Positions 1 through 10,908 of a DNA stretch of 64,000 nucleotides are shown here, one piece after another. The stretch spans positions 239,568,001-239,632,000 of the forward strand of contig OZ024741.1 in the NCBI GenBank assembly GCA_964016885.1, written 5' to 3'. The notes under the pieces were generated by a model, which was not told where the DNA came from, searched no databases, and saw nothing but the letters and a program-made list of their open reading frames with translations. Every line of letters starts with the position of its first letter. Position 1 is the first letter of the stretch. The stretch comes from Eledone cirrhosa (lineage: Eukaryota). Position numbers and translations under genes: made by a program.

Positions 1-17
1 AGACAAACTAATTAAGA

Positions 18-205
18 ACAATAATAATTGTTTCTACTTTTGGCACAAGGCCAGCAATTACCAAGTACATTACTGGTACTTTATATTATCGACCCCGTAA
101 GGATGAAAGGCAAAGTTAACTTCGGCGGGATTAGAACTCAGAATGGCAAGGGCCGTAACTATGCGTCAAATCATGGCGTCCGGCAGTCTACCAATACTGC
201 CAAAA
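18..205 (-). mobile_element. tRNA-derived SINE with Nin/Deu-like domain
   Basis: B box GAGTTCTAATCC; GCCTTTCATCCTTACGGGGTCGATAA domain; (ATT)n tail. Confidence 0.82.
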
Positions 206-672
206 TGCTGTGATGTTAGCCACCTATTGTGTATTCTGTATAACTGGGCTTACAGATTTGAAATTTCTCAAGTATTATAATTTATATTAAACAGTATTGA
301 CAAGATATCTATTTACTAACTGATATTGATACATTCAGATATATATATACTAAACTGAATAACATTTGATGTTGTTTACATTATCACTTCAATAATTCTT
401 CTCTCAGAAATAACATTTTATTAAAACCTGTCGTTCAGATAAAGTTATAATTTTAACATCTTGGATGTCACCTTAAAAACAGTAAATTATTTTGACTCAT
501 TCTCTACATGATTCTTCATTTCTTATATCAGCAGTTTGAAGCCTTTTTCATTTTGTTTATGTAAAGTATTTATCATATTATAATTAAAATATGAATCATG
601 AGAGCATGCTTTTCTTATAACAGGACTCCATTACAATAAATTAAGACTATTTATCTGATTATATTAAATTTA

Positions 673-859
673 GGGCAGTGGTTTGGCAGTATCGGCAGAG
701 CGTCAGACACCATGTTTTGCAGCATAGTTATGGTCCTTTGCGTTCTGAGTTCAAATCCGCCGAGGTTAACTTTGCCTTTCATCCTTACGAGGTCGATAAA
801 ATAAAGTACCAGTGATGCACTGGGGTAATCTCTGGTTTTGTGCCAACAGTAGAAACTCT
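673..859 (+). mobile_element. Nin/Deu-domain SINE
   Basis: Same family; 12-bp TSD ATATTAAATTTA (661-672 and 860-871); empty site in paralogous introns. Confidence 0.85.
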
Positions 860-1493
860 ATATTAAATTTAACACTTTAACAGAATATATATTTTATTTA
901 AATATCAAACTAGTTTTTTATAAAATCACCAAATTAACAGATTTCCATTTAACTATTTTCTACAGTTGAAAATAAATAAGATTCTGTAAAAAGAAAACCT
1001 GAATCAAATACTTCATGAAACAAATTGTTAATAAATGTCTTTGTGTAATAACCTTTGAAATATTCAGGTGAATATTTGTTACATAAGGTGTTATACATTG
1101 TTGTGATTTAAACCTATGTAATCTACTCCACACCAGACCTTTTTTCAAAAGCATTTCAGCCACAACTCTCCATAATAAGCAGCAAGTTGCTTCATGTTAC
1201 AAAAGTATGACAGATTGAATATTTCTGTATTAATAGCTAGCAAGCCACAATTAGTACATGAATATTGTTAATACAGATTAAGGTTACAGACTCCTTATAT
1301 CTCTTCCTAAATGTTACAAAACTTATAATAGGGATATATTTGGCCTGTTATCTAAAATGTATTAATGATTGTTTATTAAAAACACTAAAGATGCATCATA
1401 TAAGAAAATATAATTTCAAATTTTCAATTCATACAAATCAAATTAATAAAACAATAAAACATTTTCTATGGGCATCAATAAAGATTTACACAC

Positions 1494-1495
<2 letters not shown>

Positions 1496-1528
<33 letters not shown>
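1496..1528. repeat. (TA)n microsatellite
   Basis: Directly visible. Confidence 0.95.
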
Positions 1529-1531
<3 letters not shown>

Positions 1532-1990
1532 TGTATATGTCAGCATGTGTGTGTATACATATACAGAATTATGGTATATAACATTAAAAATTATTTCAAT
1601 GATAATATTTACACAAAACCTACACTACTGTATATATGTAAATGGTATTCTTGTTCAATATTTAGTATGTACTAAGACCATATAATGTCTGACTGAATGA
1701 TTCAATATTAATATATAAAAATGTGAAAATAAAATAAAAAGATAAATATGGTGATAATGAAGGATGACTGCAAATATTTTGAGAAGTGTGTTATATAAAT
1801 CTACAATCAAACATATATTCCTCTCCCTCATTGTTTCTTACAAAATTCTTGATAGCCATGTTGGTAAAGAAGACATTCAGTGAGAACTAACACGGATCTA
1901 ATATGGACACCATTACAATATTATATTTTGATGTTATAATATTAGAGGTTATTATTTTACATGACTTGATAAATAAAGAATAAAACTTAC

Positions 1991-2480
1991 ATTTATTGTG
2001 TAAAATCCTTTGTTATAAACTGAGTTGGTCCCAATGTTCTGTTGTTAATGGTTGTCTGTGTCACTGCTGCTATGGTGTGACAATGGCTTCATGTTGATGG
2101 AATAGTGTTGGTAGTGAGTCAGTGGGAACCAGCAGTTCCTCTTAGTCTTCTGTGTATGTGTGATGTTTACTGAGTGTGAGTGTGTGTGTGAGAAAGAGAG
2201 GTGAGGGAGGGTAATGCTTACTCCAGCCTCACTCAGACTAGATGTGTTTCCCCTCACAGAGAAGAGAGAGAAGACAATATCAGCTCCACTAACAGTCAGC
2301 CATAATATGTCTATATAATACTAACATGTCTGATGTAGAGAGACTGACATAGAAATAATTAGAAGTGAGAGTTTATATTAACAAAATATGGCTGATGTTA
2401 ATGTGTGTAATATAAAATGTAAATACAATATTGATAATAATAGTTAGTGTGTGTCTGACCTAATTCAAAACTAACTCATC
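1991..2480 (-). promoter_or_regulatory. Conserved promoter and non-coding first exon (~1991-2290) of a ninth Pcdh gene beyond the left edge
   Basis: Block repeated once per unit. TATATA at 2312-2317, TTAGT Inr-like motif at ~2290, conservation running to the donor AAT|GTAAGT at 1991. TSS position is inferred. Confidence 0.68.
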
Positions 2481-2863
2481 CATTCAAGATATATTTGGTA
2501 AAGTTTAAAATATATCTTCTCAAATGTTAATAATGACAGTATTTATGTATCAAGATTAAATAAATTTTCTTAATTTTTAATTGTAATTCACCATGAAACT
2601 CTCAAACTATTTCATCCAATATTTCCATTACAATTGATTTAGCTAACTACAGTGTTATAAATGGATTTTCAATATCTAAACATGTTATGTTATTCTTATT
2701 TGTATAAATCATATCAATATAAAATATATTGTATGAAACATATACGAAAATATTCAGCAATATTTCCCTTAACATTATCAAATAATTAATATAATTCTGT
2801 CATTTTGAATATTATGTGAATATTGAAGGTGATATTTCTGTTGTGTTAACTCCTCAGTCTGAC

Positions 2864-2982
2864 TTAACTAGCAACAACATCTGGTGTTGAAGGTAACTGT
2901 CTCTCTGGAGGTTTCACATATCTGTCTTGGTAATGGTCTCTCTCACTGTTGCTTGACACATCAGGTGGGACACCATAGACTC
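2864..2982 (-). CDS. Pcdh: Gene A terminal coding exon (GVYGVPPD...RQLPSTPDVVAS*)
   Basis: TTTCAG| acceptor, phase-1 compatible, TAA at 2864-2866; conserved in all units. Confidence 0.88.
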
Positions 2983-3409
2983 CTGAAACAAGTAAATCAA
3001 CTCAACTTACTACACAGTTCATATAAATACCATATATTTATAGGCTGAAATTAGTAATCAATCTTTTGTCTACTATGTTCACTACATTAAGATATAAAAT
3101 CACAATTATTAAAGAAATGTTTGACCATCCTTAATGTCCTTAGATATAATAATTTCAGTGATCGAAAGATTAGAGGTTGACTGAGAATAAAAGTCAGTTA
3201 TGTAAATGATAATAGGCCCAGAGTGTAATATATATACTCTGGTAAAGTAGAAACTATTAAACATTACATCTGTGTAGAAACATATATTCACTTATAATAA
3301 AATTTATAAAGAAAGATTGATAGAAATGATCTTATATTGTTTCACAGTTGTTGAAATTAGAAATTATGAAAATTGAATTCAAATAAATAGATAAATAAAA
3401 TTGTTTTAC

Positions 3410-3560
3410 CTGACATTGCTGGTATTTCTTCATACTGTCTACTTGACCTTTCACTCCAACACTGGCCACTACTCTTATGACTGGTCAATGTATCAGTGGG
3501 ATAGTTAGCAGATGGTCTGTTGTCTCCATAAGATGTCACCTCTATAGGTTGACTGTATTT
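3410..3560 (-). CDS. Pcdh: Gene A cytoplasmic exon (151 nt; KYSQPIEVTS...RQYEEIPAMS)
   Basis: TGCAG| acceptor and |GTAAAA donor; in frame with the large exon; conserved in all 8 units while flanking introns diverge. Confidence 0.9.
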
Positions 3561-4280
3561 CTGCAGTAAAATATAGATAGGGTGTAAAGATATATGGTAC
3601 CATTATCTAAAAAGAAAAACCCATCAATTCTACAGATGCTTCTTATCTGACATCTTTCAATTCTACACTAGAAAATGTACCAGTATACATAAGACAAAAG
3701 CAAGTGTATTGCAGATAATTATTCTATAGATCACAATTAAAGAGAAGTGCACATACCATTTTTAGACCTTTCTTTATTGGTGACAATATCAATTTACATT
3801 GTGAGTGACTTAGTATGTTTGTAATGAAATGTTAGATTCATACCAGGCAGTAAATTCAACAGATTTGTCTTAGAAAGTAAACTGGATCATACAATGAAAG
3901 CTAGATCCAAGAAGTTAGATAAGATTTTATAAATAAATGTTAGGTTAGACTTGCTGAAAAGTTATGTAGACTGTGCAATGTATGAATAAATCTACAATTC
4001 TCCTGGTGATGGACATTTAAGTGAATCACTTCCAAACAAACATTTTAGAAATATGCAAACAGCAATAAATTTTTGATAATTTCATATTTCCAAAAGGAAC
4101 AGATTACATTTTTCATCAGAACATCATAATATCATGTTTTCAATCAAAGATATTCTATATAAAAACTAATGGGAAAATAAACATTACTCTTAAATTAAAA
4201 GATTAACTATATAAGAAATAATATCCCTACTTAATTAAATATCATTTATTAACAGATAGAAAATATATAATACAGTTTAC

Positions 4281-6659
4281 CTTTGTAGATTTTTGAAGAG
4301 ATCGATTCATTGTTGATATCTTCCAGTCTTCAGGATAGTAATGGCTTCTAGACTGACTATATCTGTCTGATATCTCTCCTCGATTACCTGACATCACAGA
4401 TACACTGTTGTTACCTTGATAGATCAACTGTCTCATCTCATTACGACATTGGTATGCCTGTTTCTCTTCTGTTGTTCTAGCAGAGTTATTTCTCACATTG
4501 TTACATCTCACAATACACAATGTTATAGAAACCACAATAGCTATAGATACTATCACAGCTGCTACTACAACGATAATCAACAATGTTGCATCTATTGTGT
4601 TATCAGTTGGTACATGGACAGCTGTGAACATTGGTGATGTCTTGTTACTAACAGTCAGTGTTAAAGAGACACTAGTTGTTGCTGACAGAACTGGAGTACC
4701 ACTGTCTTTCACAACAAACTCCAGTTGATATGATCCAGCATCATTTTGGTAAACTGTGCGAGAGTAAGATAAGACACCGGTGAATGAGTCCAGTTTAAAT
4801 AACTGTCTCTCATTACCTGAGAGGATTTCATACCTGAGAAAAGCATTCATGTGACTGTCTATATCAGAGGCTTTCAGAAGTGTGATGTCATTCTTACTTT
4901 GTGGATGATAGTGGACATCAAGAGTGAAAGGGTCAACACTAGGAAATGTAAAATATGGAACATTATCATTTTTATCTAATACTTCCACTTCAACATTCAC
5001 TGTGTTATTTAGAGATGGTGTTCCATTGTCTTTAACTAAAACCTCAAAGTCATAGAAATCTCTGTGTTCTCTGTCTAAAGATTGGTTTGTTGAAATAAAG
5101 CCAGAGTTGATAATCTGGAATGGTAGATGATATTGGTGTTTATTTCTCAGATAATAACTTAATTCACCTCCCTTACCAACATCTGGGTCTGTAGCATTGA
5201 TAAAACCAATAGGGAAATTAGCTTTGTCATTCTCATAGGTAAGGAACTTGAATGTATCTTTGGTAAAGTGTGGTTTTACATCATTCACATCTAACACTTG
5301 TATTGAGAGATCTTTATCAGTTTTCAGAGAAGGTAATCCTTTATCTTGACAGGAGACAGTAAAGTGATAATGTTCCTGTGTCTCTCTGTCTACTGCTTTC
5401 TTTAGAACTATTTTATATTCCTTAGATCCCATTGACTGTAGTTTGAATGTATCATGTTTAATATCACAGCTGACCTCTCCATTGTGTCCAACATCATTAT
5501 CAGTGACCATCACATAAGCAATGAAACTACCAACTTTGATATCTTCCAGAATGGTAGCTGTGTTGTGATTCTCTGTAGAAATATAGTTGACATCAATATT
5601 TGGAGGATTGTTGTGTTGGTTGATAATATTTACAATAACAGTTGCTATGGAGCTAAGAGGAGGACTGCCATTATCTCTGGCTTCTATGAATAATTTAAAA
5701 GATTCTTCCATATCAATTTCTGAAGACTTAGCTAAATATAACTTTCCTGTATTTTCATCTAAATCAAAGTATCTTTTCATTTTCTCTGCAGTTTTCCTTG
5801 CAAAATAGAAAGATATTTTACCATTCCTGCCAATATCTAAATCATTGGCAGATAATGTCACTACTGGAATATTCTTTTTATGGTCATGTTGTATAGAGAC
5901 ATTGTAGATACTTTTGGAAAATTGTGGTTTATTATCATTTTCATCTTTTACAGATATTTTAACATTTAAAATACTTTGTTTTGGTGGAGTTCCTCCATCT
6001 TTAGCAATGACTTCAATATTGTAACTGTCTTTCTTTTCTCGGTCTAATTTATCTTCTAAAATAATACCTATTGTTGATATTTCATCAGTTTCTTTGGAAA
6101 CTGATAAAGAAAAATTTCCATTATGCTTTTTTAATTCATATGTAATTAAGCTGTTCTCATACCCCACATCTTTGTCAATGGCGCTGGGAATGGGTCTCTT
6201 CAAACCCTTACCATCTCCATCCCTGAAATACACAGTGATTTCTTTCTCAGGAAACTCAGGTTGGTGGTCATTGATGTCTTCTATTATGACTTTAATTTTT
6301 AATATCTTCATAAATGTCTTGGATTTGTGAACAGCAACTTTAATTATTTCAAAACATTCTTTCTCATAACTACACACAGACTCAGCATCCAATGTCTGTA
6401 CAGTGTACAGTTTACCAGTTTTCGTCACATTAAACAATTGTTCTCCTTTTTGTTGTAGTTGACTAAATGTAATTAAATCCTTATTCTTTAAGGAGTTATC
6501 TGATGTCTGTAAGTCAGTAGCAATGTCCCCTACATAAGTATAGGGAATACTCTCTTCTTTAACATGGTATGTGATATGTTCACTTAAATAACAGTGGAAT
6601 AAAGTCAGTAAAATACACAGAAATAACATCTCTGCTCTTGATGTTAATACAGAGTCCAT
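4281..6659 (-). CDS. Pcdh: Protocadherin gene A, large coding exon (signal peptide, EC1-EC6, TM, proximal cytoplasmic tail)
   Basis: 805-aa ORF with six cadherin repeats (DINDHQPEF, LDRE, DENDNKP, DVNDVKP, DKNDN), the EC1 C-X5-C loop (CSYEKEC) and a TM helix LLIIVVVAAVIVSIAIVVSITLCIV. Similarity among paralogues stops exactly at KSTK|GTAAA (phase-0 donor, exon end 4281). Acceptor TTTCAG| upstream at 6685. Confidence 0.96.
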
Positions 6660-6840
6660 GGAAAATGATTGCTTAAATATTCAATCTGAAACAAACAAAA
6701 ATTATTTATCATACCTCAATTAACTGTTTGTAAAATAAATATATTCAAAAATTATTTATCATATTGATGAGCTATTGTCATATTTGCATAGAGAGAAATT
6801 GTATTATACCTCAAGTAACTGTTTGTAAAATAAATATATT

Positions 6841-6930
6841 TGTTTCTACGTTTGGCACAAGGCCAGCAATTACCCAGTGCATTACTGGTACTTTATTTTA
6901 TCGACCCCGTAAGGATGAAAGGCAAAGTTA
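6841..6930 (-). mobile_element. 5'-truncated Nin/Deu-domain SINE (duplicated copy at ~13999-14088)
   Basis: 3' half of the SINE flanked by TSD AAAATAAATATATT. Confidence 0.8.
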
Positions 6931-8951
6931 AAAATAAATATATTAATCAATGAAAGTGATTGTACAAAATTTCAATATTTGTATTCTTATTTATGGATAT
7001 AAACAAGTCACAATTTTGTGGTCTTTCTATCATGACATTCGCAGTACATATGGTGTGTAGTTTCAGATAAGAAGTCTCTTGTAAACATAACATGTGTAAT
7101 TCCTAAGGTAGATTACTTTGTGTCATAAATATAAGATAGCCCTATTATGAGACAGGTGATAGCTACATCACATCAGATTTAGATGAATTTCTGCAGATTG
7201 TTTAATTAAACTTCAGTGTAGCTTATTTATATTTTATATAGGAATTGAAAATTGGTTGTAATCCAGAAAATTGTTAAAACGTAAACAACTCAGAGGGAAA
7301 CAAGTAGGAAGTTATGAATTATCTCCCTTATATATACTACAAAGTACACCTAAATTATGTTTAACAGAACAAAAATCTACAGGAATATCTAAGTCACTAT
7401 CTTTCCATTGATATTGATGTATTACTATTAATAAAGTTAGATTTCTATTTTAAACTGAAAAAAAAATATTCTAAATTGTGAACATTTATATTCAATAAAA
7501 TTATAATCTTAACATCTTGGATATAATAATAATAATTAAATTATTGTGTACAGTGCTCAGGTGCACTACAACTCATCAAGGAATTCTTTAAAACAATATC
7601 AATTACCACTTGACTCCTCTATTTACTACATAAACAGCTTCCTTATGTGTCAAAAACCACTTTTATATAACAGAGGTTCATTAGATTAAAATCTAACAAT
7701 TAGCTGAAACATTTTAATTTTACATATAAAATCCAAATATATTTTTTGCATAAATATCAAACTAATTTTAAATCATACCACCTAGTGCTAGATATATTTA
7801 CTGAGAATAAATAACTAGATAATAAGCATTTGTTTTCTATAGTTGAAAATCGTTGTAAAAGGAGGGAAAAATCTAAAACAAATTCTAAAACAAATTTTTT
7901 TATGACTTATTCTGAAGTAGAAATAAAATATTTGGTACCATCTTTTTAAGTCATACTGTTATTTAGTCATGTAGATGAATATTTTTTACATAAAACCTAC
8001 CAGATTGATGTTATTTAACCCGATGTAAGATCCTATCTAGCAGACATTATCAAAAGCATTCCAGTCAAGACCACAACCTCTATTTTTCCAAATATAGTTC
8101 CTTTGTGTTACAAAAGGAAATATATGACATCTTACAGTAGTATCGAAATAGATAACAGGCCATAATTAATATATCTATATTCTTTACAAAGATTTAAGAC
8201 TACAGATTCCTCATTTTTTACTGAATTAATGAATATTAATTTTTGTAATGTAATTGGTAATTATTCAAATATACTTCTGACATGTTACCATAAAAGTATA
8301 AAGATACATATTTTGTTGAAACAAATCATACACAAATATATGTAAGGCAAATTTGTAAATTTTAACAAGTAAAAGTAATTTATATAAAAGAAACTATTAA
8401 CACTAATTTTCACATGATATTATAGCAATCAGTAGACATATACAAAAAATAATGATTTACACACGTTCATAGATTTTACATATACACAGTTATTTCAGAT
8501 ATGAAAATACTAATATTTTATAACAAATTTTCTTATTTATAAAGAATATTTAGGTAAAACCTATATTATTGAATGTATTTCAATGATATTCTAGTTCAAT
8601 ATTTAGTATGTAATAAGACCATACAATGTCAGACTGAATAATTTAGTAAAAATATATAATGATGAGCTATGTTAAAATATGATAAACAAGATAAATATAG
8701 TAAACAAATCAAAGATGACAGCAAATATTTTCAGAAGTATGTTATATTAAACTATAATCCAACATATATTCCTCTCTCTCACTGTTTCTTACAAAATAGT
8801 TGATAGCCATGTTGGTAAAGAAGACATTCAATGAGAACTAGCACAGATCTAATATGGCCACCATTACAATATATTTTGATGTTATAATATACTATGTATG
8901 AAGTGATTATTTTACATGACTTGATAAATAATAAGCAATGATAAAACTTAC

Positions 8952-9450
8952 ATTCATTGTGTAAAATCCTTTGTTATAAACTGTGAGTTGGTCCCAATGT
9001 TCTGTTAATGGTTGTCTGTGTCACTGCTGCTATGGTGTGACAATGGCTTCATGTTGATGGAATAGTGTTGGTAGTGAGTCAGTGGGAACCAGCAGTTCCT
9101 CTCAGTCTTCTGTGTATGTGTGATGTTTACTGAGTGTGAGTGTGAGTGTGTGTGTGAGAGAGAGAGGGGTGGGGGAGGGTGATGCTTACTTCAGCCTCAC
9201 TCAGACTAGATGTGTTTCCCCTCACAGAAAAGAGGGAGAGAGAGAGAAGACACAATATCAGCTCCACTAACAGTCAGCCAAATGTCTATATAATAATATG
9301 TCTGGTGTAGAGAGACTGACATAGAAATACTTAGAAGAGAGAGGTTATATTAACAAAATATGGCTGATGTTGTTAATGTGTAATATGTAATATAAATACA
9401 AAATTAATAATAATAGTTAGTGTGTGTCTGGCTTAATTATAAACTAACTT
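8952..9450 (-). promoter_or_regulatory. Promoter and non-coding first exon (~8952-9268) of gene A
   Basis: Same cassette; |GTAAGT donor at 8952 pairs with the acceptor at 6685. Confidence 0.7.
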
Positions 9451-9563
9451 TGCCACAGAAGATATATTTCAGAAAATTTATAGATGTTATATTACCAATA
9501 TCAAATTTATTTTCTGAAATAACAAAATTTACAATATCATATATTTATTATTTATTAGCAGGG

Positions 9564-9754
9564 TGGTGGATTATCTGTCATTAGAGTGTGAGACAAATGC
9601 TTAGCAGTATTTAGTCTGACTCTATACAGTCTGAGTTGAAATCATGCCTTTCATCTTCTGAGGTTGATAAAATAAAGTAACAATCAAGTACCATCGTCAA
9701 TATACTCAAATTGTCCTTCACCTAAATTACTGATTTTGTGCCGGAATCATTATC
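9564..9754 (+). mobile_element. Old Nin/Deu-domain SINE (duplicated copy at ~16671-16863)
   Basis: Degenerate match (GAGTTGAAATC, GCCTTTCATCTTCTGAGGTTGATAAAATAAAGTA); TSD TATTAGCAGGG. Confidence 0.72.
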
Positions 9755-9965
9755 TATTAGCAGGGAAAACAGTCATTAAATGATGATGATAATTCAATCC
9801 ATATTTTCAAATTTAAATTGTATTTCCTGAAGATTTATTACTATTCTAGACACTTTATATTAAATTCCCCATAATTATATCATTTAACTAACATATTTCT
9901 TTTGTTTTAAATATTGTGTTACTGTTGAAGGTGATATTTCTGTTGTGTTAACTTCTCAGTCTGAC

Positions 9966-10084
9966 TTAACTAGCAACAACATCTGGTGTTGAAGGTAACT
10001 GTCTCTCTGGAGGTTTCACATATCTGTCTTGGTAATGGTCTCTCTCATTGTTGCTTGACACATCAGGTGGGACACCATAGATAC
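9966..10084 (-). CDS. Pcdh: Gene B terminal coding exon
   Basis: TTTCAG| acceptor, 119 nt to TAA. Confidence 0.88.
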
Positions 10085-10281
10085 CTGAAAGAAATAATTC
10101 AATTCAACTTACCACATAGTTCACATAGACAATAGATATCTTCTGACATTAATAATCCATCTCTTGTCCAAAATGAAAATTATTAAAAAGGTTCTTTTTG
10201 ACCATCCCTAAAATTCTTCAAAATTATAAACATAAATTATTATAATGATAATAATAAACATGGAAAATGAAATGTTTTTAC

Positions 10282-10432
10282 CTGACATTGCCGGTATTTC
10301 TTCATACTGTCTACTTGACCTTTCACTCCAGCACTGTCCACTACTCTTACGACTAGTCAGTGTATCAGTGGGATAGTTAGACGATGGTCTGTTGTCTCCA
10401 TAAGATGTCACCTCTATAGGCTGACTGTATTT
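10282..10432 (-). CDS. Pcdh: Gene B cytoplasmic exon (151 nt)
   Basis: CAGCAG| acceptor, |GTAAAA donor, paralogous to 3410-3560. Confidence 0.9.
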
Positions 10433-10739
10433 CTGCTGTAAAGTTAGTTAAAACAGATTGTAAAGGTATTTATAATATTGGATATGAAATGTATGCAATA
10501 TCTAGGTAAAAATCAGTACATGTTTACTGTTGAAATATGGTACAACCATCTACAAAAATATCAATTGTCTTTTACAAATGTTCCATTGATTTCACTACAT
10601 TTTTGTCAAATTTCTGCAGGACAATTCTCAAGGGGATTTCAAACTTCCAACTTAAATCCTTCCTTCCAATCCTACCACACAAAATGGATTCATTATACAT
10701 TAGTCAAAGTCTTATGTATTGCAAATAATTATTTCATAG

Positions 10740-10908
10740 CACACTGTAAGTGTGGTTGGTGTTAGCAAGGGCATTCAGCCATAGAAAACCAGCCAGAAAC
10801 ACCCCTATATGAGCGAAACACTGTCACCCAACAACTTGCCTCAAAATAGGATCCACCTAACCCATGCTAGTGTGGAAGATATACGTTAATCGATGATGAT
10901 GATGATGA
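10740..10908 (+). mobile_element. RTE LINE/SINE 3'-tail fragment (duplicated at ~17858-18026)
   Basis: GGTTGGTGTTAGCAAGGGCAT...CCCATGCTAGTGTGGAAGATATACGTTAATC(GAT)n matches the LINE 3' end. Confidence 0.75.

Noticed and set aside
2045-2257. 70-aa ORF MRGNTSSLSEAG... (and copies at 23844, 33914, 52085) as a small protein gene
   Set aside because: Starts at a non-ATG codon, and its frame is broken by microsatellite indels in other copies. Only the terminal ATG-initiated 15 codons are conserved (reported as a uORF).
3357-3539. MTSYGDNRPS... ORFs as standalone genes
   Set aside because: They are exon 3 read from an internal GTG into the intron.
4242-4280. ORF-track C-termini after KSTK (e.g. 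VNCIIYFLSVNK*) as true protein ends of single-exon genes
   Set aside because: Similarity collapses at a GT donor and in-frame conserved downstream exons exist. An intron-retained short isoform is possible but unsupported here.
4416-6330. Recurrent 70-90 aa plus-strand ORFs inside each large exon (MLHLTIHNV..., MTSIFGG..., MFNITAD...)
   Set aside because: Antisense shadows of the duplicated Pcdh coding sequence; their recurrence follows from paralogy and they show no independent coding signal.
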